A stretch of DNA of 64,000 nt from Bernardetia sp. ABR2-2B (lineage in GTDB: Bacteria; Bacteroidota; Bacteroidia; Cytophagales; Bernardetiaceae): positions 1,715,293 to 1,779,292 of the forward strand of contig NZ_CP147020.1 of the NCBI RefSeq assembly GCF_037126435.1. Reading direction: 5' to 3'. Shown here in pieces: positions 42,084 through 50,647 of this stretch. The stretch's first letter is position 1. Every line of letters begins with the position of its first letter. The translations under genes were made by a program, and so were the position numbers. The notes beneath the pieces are model-generated. The model was not told where the DNA came from. It searched no databases and worked only from the letters and a program-made list of their open reading frames with translations.

Positions 42084-43058
42084 TTAAATAAATCTCCTTC
42101 TTATCAAATCTTTTAGGCTTTGATATAATCTACCTCTTGTGTACCACTTTGAAACATGAAGAATTAAAGTCGTTTCTTTTGGTTGATTATTTGTGTCTTG
42201 TTCTTTTATGTTTTCTTTATGAAGTTTTTTTGGTTCACCAGTATCAAGTTTGAATTGAAGTTTAGGTTCAAGATTATCAGGTTCAATATCTCCTTTTATC
42301 CAACATTTACTATATTCTACAGGTTGTAAATTTACAAAACCTAATGTTATTGTTTCAAGCTCAAAATATTTTATAATTGATTTTTCAATTATAGGCTTTT
42401 TTATTTCTTCTAGAGTTAACTTCATAGGTTTAGCAAAATCTATACTTATAAATTGATTATCAGTTGAAGAAATAACAACCTCAATTTCTTTGTTTTCAAA
42501 CCCTTCATATTCTGCTACTAAAATAATACTGTCTTGCTGTTGAAGAGTATCTTGAGGAATCAAAAATGAAAAAACTCCATTTTCTAAAGAAGTTGTTTTA
42601 TGTTTTGTGCCTTTTATAGAAATGATAGCTTCTGATAAAACCTCATTTCCATTGACTACTTTTCCATTGATAGCAAAAGGAGGAGCTATACTTTCAATTG
42701 AATCCGTTTCAATTTTTTGATTGTATTCTACTTGTGTTGTGTCATTTTGCGATTTGGCAGTCGTAGAAGTTAGAAAGAAAGCAACCGAAGCAGCTACCAA
42801 TTCCTTAAAGAAAAATCTTCGTCTTGGAGTTTCTATTTTTTCTTTTTGAGGTTGTAATGTTCGGTTTACTTGTGTTGTAGAGAATAAACCACACGTTTTT
42901 TGACTTCCTATTTTTTTGAAATAATCAACAATCTCAGCATCTGTCATAGACGAAAAATCAATAACTACTTTCTGATAAGAGCCACAAAAAATTCCTCTTT
43001 CTGTTGGACTCATAGTATTCAAGTCTTCATGACAAGGTTTTGGTATCTGTATTTTCAT
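42084..43058 (-). CDS. membrane-anchored protein with Cys/His-rich N-terminus and carboxypeptidase-regulatory-like domain
   Basis: N-terminal CHEDL ... C ... C motif, one TM helix, and an Ig-like VNGNEVLSEAIISIKGTKHKTTSLENGVFSF segment. Start moved to the ATG (MKIQIP). Confidence 0.4.
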   Translation of the reverse strand: MKIQIPKPCHEDLNTMSPTERGIFCGSYQKVVIDFSSMTDAEIVDYFKKIGSQKTCGLFSTTQVNRTLQPQKEKIETPRRRFFFKELVAASVAFFLTSTTAKSQNDTTQVEYNQKIETDSIESIAPPFAINGKVVNGNEVLSEAIISIKGTKHKTTSLENGVFSFLIPQDTLQQQDSIILVAEYEGFENKEIEVVISSTDNQFISIDFAKPMKLTLEEIKKPIIEKSIIKYFELETITLGFVNLQPVEYSKCWIKGDIEPDNLEPKLQFKLDTGEPKKLHKENIKEQDTNNQPKETTLILHVSKWYTRGRLYQSLKDLIRRRFI

Positions 43059-43632
43059 TTTATTCAAATTTTTAAATTCTGCTTTACTGTTAAGAAACGC
43101 AACATGAAATAAAAATGCTGCAAAGAATATAGACCTTTATTTATAGGATGCCAAAAAAACAATTTATCCATAAAATAATAAGTTAGAAAAGAGCTACTCA
43201 ATTTTTTTGAAGAGAAACGTGTATTTTTCTATTCTTACACACAACTGAAAAATTGTACTATTAGCAATAAAAAATACAACTATTCTATTTATCAAAAAAA
43301 CTTACTTCAATGTAAATTCACAAACTATTCATAGACTCATAAAAAAACTCTCCTAGAATATCACAACTTAGACACACAGCTATTAAATATAATTTTGAAT
43401 TATTTTAAATAATCCGAGTATAATTCTGCAAAAAATGTCATTAAAAGAGTTAAAAATTAAAATATCTGTATTTTTTAGTTTTAAATTTTGATTCACCCCC
43501 TTAATTATATTACCTTTGTAGCACAAGGAAAGAGTTTAACAAATCATTACAACTTCTAATCAAAGTTAAAAACATACTTCCTTAATAAATAATTATTACA
43601 TAAAGCAATTAATTCCCCTTTTTAATATCCCT

Positions 43633-44712
43633 ATGAAAAAGCAGTCATTATTCCTCTTAGCTCTAATCGGTTTAGCATTCGGAGCATGTGAACATAAAAC
43701 AGAAGTTACTTCGAAATTAGAACAAAGTGTAAACATGGACGATTTCTATGTTTATACAGATGATCATGATAATCATTCTCATCAAAAAGTAGCAACAAAA
43801 AAAGACGACCGTGTTTGTTATAGTATGCGAGTTTTGAATGAAAAACTAAAGCAAAATCCAGGTCTTGAGAAAAAAATGTTTGATATTGAACTACACACAC
43901 GTAAGAATATCCTAGCCAAAAAAGGTGGGGGAGGAAACGGAAACGGTGGTGGTGGCAATGGTGGAGGAGGAGGAGATACTCCTGTTGATAACCTAGGTAC
44001 AATCACAATCCCAGTTTACGTTCACGTTATTTATAGCAACAATCAAGAGAATATTAGTGATGCACAAATCAATTCTCAAATGGCTGTTTTGAATGAAGAT
44101 TTTAGAAAAACTAATAACGATATAAATCAAGTTCCTTCTGAGTTTGCAGGTCTTGCAGCAGATTCAGAAATTCAGTACACACTTGCAGGTGTTACTCGTA
44201 CAGCATCTAGCCGTACTTCTTGGGGAACTAATGATGATATGAAAAGAGCTAGTGCTGGTGGTGTTAATCCAATCACTCCTTCAACACATTTGAATATTTG
44301 GGTTTGTGAAATAGGTGGTGGAATCTTGGGTTATGCTCAATTTCCTGGTGGTTCATCTTCTACTGACGGTGTCGTTGTAGGTCCTCAATATTTTGGAACT
44401 ACTGGTTATGTTGCTGCTCCTTTTAATGGAGGAAGAACACTTACTCACGAAATTGGTCATTACTTAAACTTACGTCATATTTGGGGTGATGGTCGTTGTC
44501 GTCAAGATGATTTTGTATCTGATACACCTTCTTCTGATGGTCCTAACTATGGTTGTCCTAGTTACCCTACTGTAAATTGTAAAAGCAATGATATGACAAT
44601 GAATTATATGGATTATGTAAATGATGCTTGTATGTATATGTTCTCTGAAGGACAAAAATCTAGAATGCGTGCGCTTTTTGCAGCAGGTGGAACTAGAGAG
44701 TCTATGAGATAA
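43633..44712 (+). CDS. zinc metalloprotease, M43 (cytophagalysin/pappalysin-like) family lipoprotein
   Basis: Lipobox LAFGAC, a Gly/Asn linker, HEIGHYLNLRH with HExxHxxxxxH spacing, and a Met-turn region. Confidence 0.7.
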   Translation: MKKQSLFLLALIGLAFGACEHKTEVTSKLEQSVNMDDFYVYTDDHDNHSHQKVATKKDDRVCYSMRVLNEKLKQNPGLEKKMFDIELHTRKNILAKKGGGGNGNGGGGNGGGGGDTPVDNLGTITIPVYVHVIYSNNQENISDAQINSQMAVLNEDFRKTNNDINQVPSEFAGLAADSEIQYTLAGVTRTASSRTSWGTNDDMKRASAGGVNPITPSTHLNIWVCEIGGGILGYAQFPGGSSSTDGVVVGPQYFGTTGYVAAPFNGGRTLTHEIGHYLNLRHIWGDGRCRQDDFVSDTPSSDGPNYGCPSYPTVNCKSNDMTMNYMDYVNDACMYMFSEGQKSRMRALFAAGGTRESMR

Positions 44713-44790
44713 GAAAAAATTATATTTAGTTATCACATCAAAAAAGCAACAAGAAATTGTTGCTTTTTTGATTTCTTAAAGTTTTATAAA

Positions 44791-45120
44791 TTACTCTTCA
44801 TCAAAAATATTTTTATTCCAACTTCTAAGTTCATAATATTTTTCTTTTGGTTTTCCTGTCCAGCCATTAATTCCCTTTTTTGGCAAATCTATCAAATGAA
44901 TATACAAAACAGGAATGTAAAGCAGACTGTACGAAATAAGAGCTATTTTTTGACCGAAAAAATATGATAAAGAAATTACCACAACTAAAATAAAAATATA
45001 CTTTGTTAGTTTTTTCCATCTAGAAGTGCGTTCCTCAAAGTGTCCTAAAAGAATATGACCTAGCGCAATCGTAGTACTTACTATCGAAATATCAAACCAA
45101 ATTGTATTTGTTTGCCACAT
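44791..45120 (-). CDS. small membrane protein
   Basis: Three predicted TM helices, 109 aa. Confidence 0.4.
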   Translation of the reverse strand: MWQTNTIWFDISIVSTTIALGHILLGHFEERTSRWKKLTKYIFILVVVISLSYFFGQKIALISYSLLYIPVLYIHLIDLPKKGINGWTGKPKEKYYELRSWNKNIFDEE

Positions 45121-45160
45121 AATTAAAATAAATATTATTTCTTTTTAATGTAAAATAAAT

Positions 45161-46414
45161 CTAAAATTTCCAAGCTCGTCCATTTTCTCCATACAAATTA
45201 TCATAAACACGATGGGCGATTTGAAAACCTCTGTATTTTTCTGCAATATTTCTTATTTTTTGATGTAAATCTGTTTCTTCTTTATGAATCAAAAGCTCAT
45301 TAATTTCTTCTGCAATTCGTAAATATTCTTTTTCTGTAAATTCATTCATAATAGAACCAATTTTATACTTTTCTATTGTATCAGAATCATCTGAAATATT
45401 TGGTGTAATCACAACAGGAAGTCCCATTGACCAATATTCGCCAGTTTTGATTGGTGTCCCATAGCGTTTTGAAGCAGCAGGTTTGAAAGGCGTAACTCCA
45501 AAATCTCCCAAACCAATATAAGATGGAATATGCTCATGAAAAACAAACTTTGTAGTAACAATATCTCTATCCAAATCACTTGCTTTGCAATACAAATTTA
45601 TTTCTTCTTCTTTATGAGAAGTAAGTATCAAAACTCTAAATTTATCTCCCCAATAGGTATGACAGACTTTCCAAAAATCAAATATTTCTTTCTCTAAGTA
45701 CGAACTTCCAAACTTTCCTGCATAAACACTCACTATTTTATCTTCTAAGCCTAGTTCTTTAAGTAACTTTGGATTTTTCCTTTTCTCAAAATCAAATAAA
45801 TCTAAATCTACACAAGCAGGTTTTGATTCCAAACAACGATTAGAGACATCTACTTCATATCTATTTTTGGCATAATTTTTCATTTCATTTACACAAGGAA
45901 TAAAAGCAGATGCATGTGAGGTTTGTAACTTTTCTAAGTTCCACAAAACCTTAAATGCAAGACTATTTTTTGACCATGTATTGCTTTCTAGCATTGCCTC
46001 TGCGTGTGGTTCAAAACTGTCTATTATTAGTTTTCTTCCTGTCAGTTTTGAAACTAAATATCCTCCTGCTCCTGCTGGAACACAAAAAGGATGTATAAAA
46101 CGTATTTTTTTTATTAAAACTGTCTTGACAAGTACACTAACGATTCTTCCCCAATTTACTATCGAACGAAAACCAAAACGGTAATAAGGAAAATCTAATA
46201 GATAAATGTTGTATTTATCTTGAAGCTCTGTTTTTACTTGTTTTTTTTGCTCTTCACTCATCTTAAAGTGAGGTTGTTCTAGTGTCATTAAATAAATTTT
46301 ACTACCTTTTGGTAAATATTTTTTCATAATTTTGACATACGGCAACGTATAAGTTTGCATTAGTGCATCTCTAAATGAAAAAAATGTCGGTACAAGAATA
46401 TGAACAGGTTTCAA
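45161..46414 (-). CDS. glycosyltransferase (GT-B fold, GT4-like)
   Basis: C-terminal GT1/GT4-type nucleotide-sugar binding region (YAGKFGSSY ... GLPVVITP). The TTG start abuts the heptamer repeat. Confidence 0.6.
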   Translation of the reverse strand: MKPVHILVPTFFSFRDALMQTYTLPYVKIMKKYLPKGSKIYLMTLEQPHFKMSEEQKKQVKTELQDKYNIYLLDFPYYRFGFRSIVNWGRIVSVLVKTVLIKKIRFIHPFCVPAGAGGYLVSKLTGRKLIIDSFEPHAEAMLESNTWSKNSLAFKVLWNLEKLQTSHASAFIPCVNEMKNYAKNRYEVDVSNRCLESKPACVDLDLFDFEKRKNPKLLKELGLEDKIVSVYAGKFGSSYLEKEIFDFWKVCHTYWGDKFRVLILTSHKEEEINLYCKASDLDRDIVTTKFVFHEHIPSYIGLGDFGVTPFKPAASKRYGTPIKTGEYWSMGLPVVITPNISDDSDTIEKYKIGSIMNEFTEKEYLRIAEEINELLIHKEETDLHQKIRNIAEKYRGFQIAHRVYDNLYGENGRAWKF

Positions 46415-46417
46415 AAT

Positions 46418-46442
46418 AGTGATTAGTGATTAGTGATTAGTA
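46418..46442. repeat. (AGTGATT) x 3.5 heptamer repeat, same unit as the 37.9-kb array
   Basis: Direct observation. Confidence 0.9.
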
Positions 46443-46496
46443 AAAAATTGTATTTCTATACTCATTGTTTTGATTTTCTTGTCTTTAAAAAAATAA

Positions 46497-46526
46497 ATTC
46501 GTAATTCGTAATTCGTAATTCGTAAC
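46497..46526. repeat. (ATTCGTA) x 4 heptamer repeat
   Basis: Direct observation; related CGTAAT-containing motifs occur at 38038-38076, 47031-47060, 49103-49115 and 55853-55887. Confidence 0.9.
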
Positions 46527-46542
46527 TTTAACTTTAATATTT

Positions 46543-46953
46543 ATGAAATTTCTCACAAAAATAAGCGCATTATTTATATTTTGTCTATTTGCTGTTTTAT
46601 TAGTCTCATTTACGGCTTGTCAGACGGATGATATCATGAAAAAAGTAATCGGCACTACTTGGATTCGCTCTTTCGAAGACGATAAAAATGGTACAGAAGC
46701 CTACCGACCAGAAACGTACGAATTTCCTCCTGCTCGTGGTCGTGAAGGGTGGAAATTTGAAGAAGACGGAACACTCAAAAAACAAGCTATTGCAGCTACG
46801 GATGGTTATGTTGGCAAAGAAGGAACATGGACTTTCTCTAATGAGAACAACCAAAACATTATTCATATTTCATTGAAAGACATAAAGTCAAGCTATGAGA
46901 TTATTTCTGTTTCTGATTCTATTCTTTTTGTAAAACCAGTAGAAGATAATTAA
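46543..46953 (+). CDS. hypothetical lipoprotein
   Basis: Signal peptide plus lipobox SFTAC. Confidence 0.5.
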   Translation: MKFLTKISALFIFCLFAVLLVSFTACQTDDIMKKVIGTTWIRSFEDDKNGTEAYRPETYEFPPARGREGWKFEEDGTLKKQAIAATDGYVGKEGTWTFSNENNQNIIHISLKDIKSSYEIISVSDSILFVKPVEDN

Positions 46954-47064
46954 GTCAATAATTTGTCAGTAAAGAAACTTATTTACAAGATTATAAATTA
47001 AATAAGTTCTTATTTTTAAATAGGCTAATTTACATTCGTAATTTTTAATCCGTAATTGTCCCTT

Positions 47065-47985
47065 ATGAATTATTCTTCTCTTCGAATACGAATCTATACC
47101 ATCATAGAACGTGGCGAAAAACATGACAAAAAAAGTGTTTATTTTGATTATTTCATAATCGTACTAGTTCTTTTGAGTGTAATTTCTACTATTTGGGAAT
47201 CTTATCCAACAGCACAACAAAAGTATGGCGAATACTTTCACTCTTTTGAACTCTTTTCTATTGCTATTTTTACAGTCGAATACTTGTTACGCCTCTGGAC
47301 TGCTCCTCTAAAATATCCTCATCTTCCAGCTTGGAAAGCCTATCTAAAGTATATCTTTTCTTTTATTGCTTTGGTAGATTTACTTGCCATTCTTCCATTT
47401 TACCTACCATTTTTGGGTGTAGAGGATTTACGTCTTTTGAGAATGATGCGACTTTTGCGTCTGTTGCGTGTTTTTAAACTCAACCGTTATTCTCGTGCCT
47501 TAAATTTGGTATATGATGTCTTAAAAGAAAAGGGAGAAGAGCTTGTTACAACTGTATTTTTTGCCTTGATTTTACTTTTAGTTTCTTCTACCTTGATGTA
47601 TTATGTAGAACATGAAACTAACCCAGAAGGCTTTCCTAATATCATTGCTACGCTTTGGTGGGCTGTTGTTACACTTACTACGGTTGGTTATGGCGACGTT
47701 GTCCCTGTTACGATGCTAGGTAAAATACTAAATGGCGCAACAGCTCTTATCGGAATTGGCGTAGTGGCACTTCCTACCAGTATTTTGAGTGCAGGTTTTT
47801 TAGAGAAAGTAGAGGAACGCAAAAAAGCTGAAAAAGAAGCAAAAGAACAATTAGAAAAACAGCTTTTACAAGATTTGAAGCAACGGAATGGAGAAATAGA
47901 AGAAGAATCAGAAAACTCTACTACTCATTCTACACACCTTTGTTATTGTCCTCATTGTGGAGGGAAATTGCCTGAGATAAGTTAG
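47065..47985 (+). CDS. voltage-gated potassium channel (6TM, S4 sensor, TVGYGD filter)
   Basis: S4 helix RLLRMMRLLRLLRVFKL with Arg every third residue, selectivity filter TTVGYGD, C-terminal CxCxxC zinc-ribbon-like tail. Start moved to the ATG. Confidence 0.8.
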   Translation: MNYSSLRIRIYTIIERGEKHDKKSVYFDYFIIVLVLLSVISTIWESYPTAQQKYGEYFHSFELFSIAIFTVEYLLRLWTAPLKYPHLPAWKAYLKYIFSFIALVDLLAILPFYLPFLGVEDLRLLRMMRLLRLLRVFKLNRYSRALNLVYDVLKEKGEELVTTVFFALILLLVSSTLMYYVEHETNPEGFPNIIATLWWAVVTLTTVGYGDVVPVTMLGKILNGATALIGIGVVALPTSILSAGFLEKVEERKKAEKEAKEQLEKQLLQDLKQRNGEIEEESENSTTHSTHLCYCPHCGGKLPEIS

Positions 47986-48196
47986 AGTGAACAAACTTTT
48001 TCTAATCAAGATACTCACTTATCTACACTAATTCATAGATTATCAATTAATTGCTTATATAATTGATAAAAAATGTTATCTTAGGCTTGTAAAGTTTAAA
48101 AGAAGCATGTACTTTGCCTAATAAACTTATAAACTAAAGATAAAATTAGGACAAACATTAGATTCACAAACAAGAAAACAACTTAAAACTTCCCTT

Positions 48197-49033
48197 ATGT
48201 CTGCAAATATGGGCGAAATAGAAATAGCCGAGCTACGCAAACTGACTACTTTCATTAAAGAAAAGTTTGATTATAACTTTAAGGACTATGCCATGTCGTC
48301 TTTTCGAAGACGAATCAAGCGTATGCTTGATTTATACAAGCTTCAAACTGTCGATGAACTGATTCATATTCTCAATACAAAAGAAGGCTTTTTTGAGGAG
48401 TTTGTTTCTGAACTTACTGTAAATGTTACTGAAATGTTTCGTGACCCTACGTTTTGGCGTGTCTTACGTGAGCATATCATTCCTAACATTATGCTCAATC
48501 ACAACAAAATAAGTATTTGGCACGCAGGCTGTTCTTCTGGTGAAGAGATTGTTTCTATGTCTATTGTTTTAGATGAAATGGGTATTTTGGATAAGGCAAA
48601 AATTGTAGCCACAGATATTGACCGTTCTATTATTGCTAGAGCAAAAGAAGGACGTTACCCTCTCAAGCACATGGAAGTAAATCGTAAGAATTATTTGCGT
48701 TATCAAGGTAAATATTCTTTAGAGAAATATTATACAGAGGTAGGTTCGGAAGCTGTAATAAATAAATCTCTTTTAGAAAATGTATCCTATCGCAAACACG
48801 ATTTGGTACAGGGAAGTGTTTTTTCAAAATTTGATTTAGTTTTGTGTAGAAACGTAATGATTTATTTTAATCAAACACTACAAAATCAAGTTTTACACCG
48901 TTTGCACGAAAGTTTGTTCAAATATGGCTACTTAGTTATCGGTTCGAAAGAATCTTTAATTTGGTGTGATATTGCTCACAAATTTATTGTAGTAAATAAC
49001 GAAGAAAAGATTTATAAAAAAATTAAAGATTAA
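48197..49033 (+). CDS. cheR: protein-glutamate O-methyltransferase CheR
   Basis: CheR N-terminal domain (FKDYAMSSFRRRIKRM) plus a SAM-binding domain (ISIWHAGCSSGEE ... VLCRNVMIYF). Confidence 0.9.
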   Translation: MSANMGEIEIAELRKLTTFIKEKFDYNFKDYAMSSFRRRIKRMLDLYKLQTVDELIHILNTKEGFFEEFVSELTVNVTEMFRDPTFWRVLREHIIPNIMLNHNKISIWHAGCSSGEEIVSMSIVLDEMGILDKAKIVATDIDRSIIARAKEGRYPLKHMEVNRKNYLRYQGKYSLEKYYTEVGSEAVINKSLLENVSYRKHDLVQGSVFSKFDLVLCRNVMIYFNQTLQNQVLHRLHESLFKYGYLVIGSKESLIWCDIAHKFIVVNNEEKIYKKIKD

Positions 49034-49138
49034 TTTAATATTAATAAAAAAATTTTATATATAATCACAATTTTTAATTAGCTATGCTGATTATTTCATA
49101 ATTCGTAATTGTTCCTAAGTCAGCTAACTTTGAGCTAA

Positions 49139-49747
49139 ATGGTAAAAGAAGCACATCTTATAAATAAATACAAGGCAGTCGTAATTGGTGGTTCGGCAGG
49201 AAGTTTTCAACCTATGGTTCAAATTCTTTCTTCTATTCCTCGTGAGTTTCCCTTACCTATATTTCTATGTTTGCATCGGCTCAAACATGTGCGTCATGGT
49301 TTTGTAGAAGCTCTCTCCATAAAAAGCCAAAAAGAAATTATAGAGCCAATGGACAAGGAAAGTATTAAAAAAGGAATTGTATATTTAGCTCCAGCCAACT
49401 ATCACATGGCAGTCGAACTTGGCAACTCTGTTTCACTGAATACCGAAGGTTTATTAAACAATTCTCGTCCAGCAATAGATATAACCTTCGAATCAGCAGC
49501 TTATGTATATCGTGATAAATTAATTGGTATCCTACTTTCAGGTGCAAATAAAGATGGAGCTGTAGGAATGCAGAAAATAAAACACCGTAAAGGACTTACA
49601 ATTATTCAAGATATTGAAGAAAGTATGATTAATGCAATGCCATTAGCTGCAAAAAACATTGTAGATATTGATTACGAGTTGAAGGTAGATGAAATTATAG
49701 GTTTTTTATTAAAATTAAATAAAATCTATCAACAAGAAAAGATATAG
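49139..49747 (+). CDS. cheB: protein-glutamate methylesterase CheB catalytic domain only (no receiver domain)
   Basis: VIGGSAGS active-site Ser context and the His/Asp motifs of the CheB methylesterase fold; 202 aa, no REC domain. Confidence 0.8.
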   Translation: MVKEAHLINKYKAVVIGGSAGSFQPMVQILSSIPREFPLPIFLCLHRLKHVRHGFVEALSIKSQKEIIEPMDKESIKKGIVYLAPANYHMAVELGNSVSLNTEGLLNNSRPAIDITFESAAYVYRDKLIGILLSGANKDGAVGMQKIKHRKGLTIIQDIEESMINAMPLAAKNIVDIDYELKVDEIIGFLLKLNKIYQQEKI

Positions 49748-49793
49748 TTTAAAGTTTTTAGAGCATCAAAAGAGACAAAAAAATTGAGAATAA

Positions 49794-50579
49794 ATGAAAA
49801 AATTCTTTCAAAATAGTATCTGGTTTGGTTTGGCAGTAATATATGCCATAGGTATTCTTGTGTCTGGTCTATTATTGCTTTATTTATACGAAAAACTTTC
49901 AGATGCAGGAATTTTGACTGAAAATGATCATCTTTTAATGGGTTTTATAATCTTTGAATTATTATTAGGACTTGTTTTAATGTTTGGTTTCTATGTTAAG
50001 TGGCAACGCAAACAAGCGCAAGGAGATATTATTTATGTAGATAGATATGTGAATGAAAATACACAGGAATCAGAAATTAAAACAAAAGTTTTAGATTGGA
50101 ATAATCAAAGAGCTATTTTATCCGAAATAATCAAAAACCCTAATAAATCACAGTCTTCAAACGAGATTCTCAAACATATTTGTAATGAGTTAGAAGCTGT
50201 TTCTGGGGCGTTTTATGTCTCTCATATAGATACAGATGTAAGAAGAATAGAACTTATTGCTACCTATGCTTTTGCTCTGCCTGATAGTCAATCTCTATTT
50301 TACGAATTTGGAGAAGGGATTGCAGGGCAAGTAGCCAAAGTAGGTCAAAAAACATATCTTAGAGACATTCCAGAAGGATACCTGAATATTCTTTCAGGCT
50401 TAGGAGAAAGTCAGCCTTCTGTTCTTTTGGCTGTTCCGATACAACAAGATAATACTCAAAAAGATATAGAAGAAAACCCAGTAAAAGGAGTTATTGAATT
50501 AGCTTCCTTTAAAGAATTTACTGATTCAGAGAAAGAATATATAGATAAAGTAGCTGATTTAGTAGCCAAACATCTATAA
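49794..50579 (+). CDS. membrane-anchored GAF domain protein
   Basis: Two N-terminal TM helices, then a GAF domain clearly homologous to the GAF of the downstream sensor (ATYAFALPDS..FGEGIAGQVA vs ATYAYHKRKY..FAEGLVGQAA). Confidence 0.7.
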   Translation: MKKFFQNSIWFGLAVIYAIGILVSGLLLLYLYEKLSDAGILTENDHLLMGFIIFELLLGLVLMFGFYVKWQRKQAQGDIIYVDRYVNENTQESEIKTKVLDWNNQRAILSEIIKNPNKSQSSNEILKHICNELEAVSGAFYVSHIDTDVRRIELIATYAFALPDSQSLFYEFGEGIAGQVAKVGQKTYLRDIPEGYLNILSGLGESQPSVLLAVPIQQDNTQKDIEENPVKGVIELASFKEFTDSEKEYIDKVADLVAKHL

Positions 50580-50647
50580 AATTTAAAATTATTAGTTAAT
50601 TTTAAAAATAAATCTAACTATTTAATTAATCACTTTAATTAATCTCT

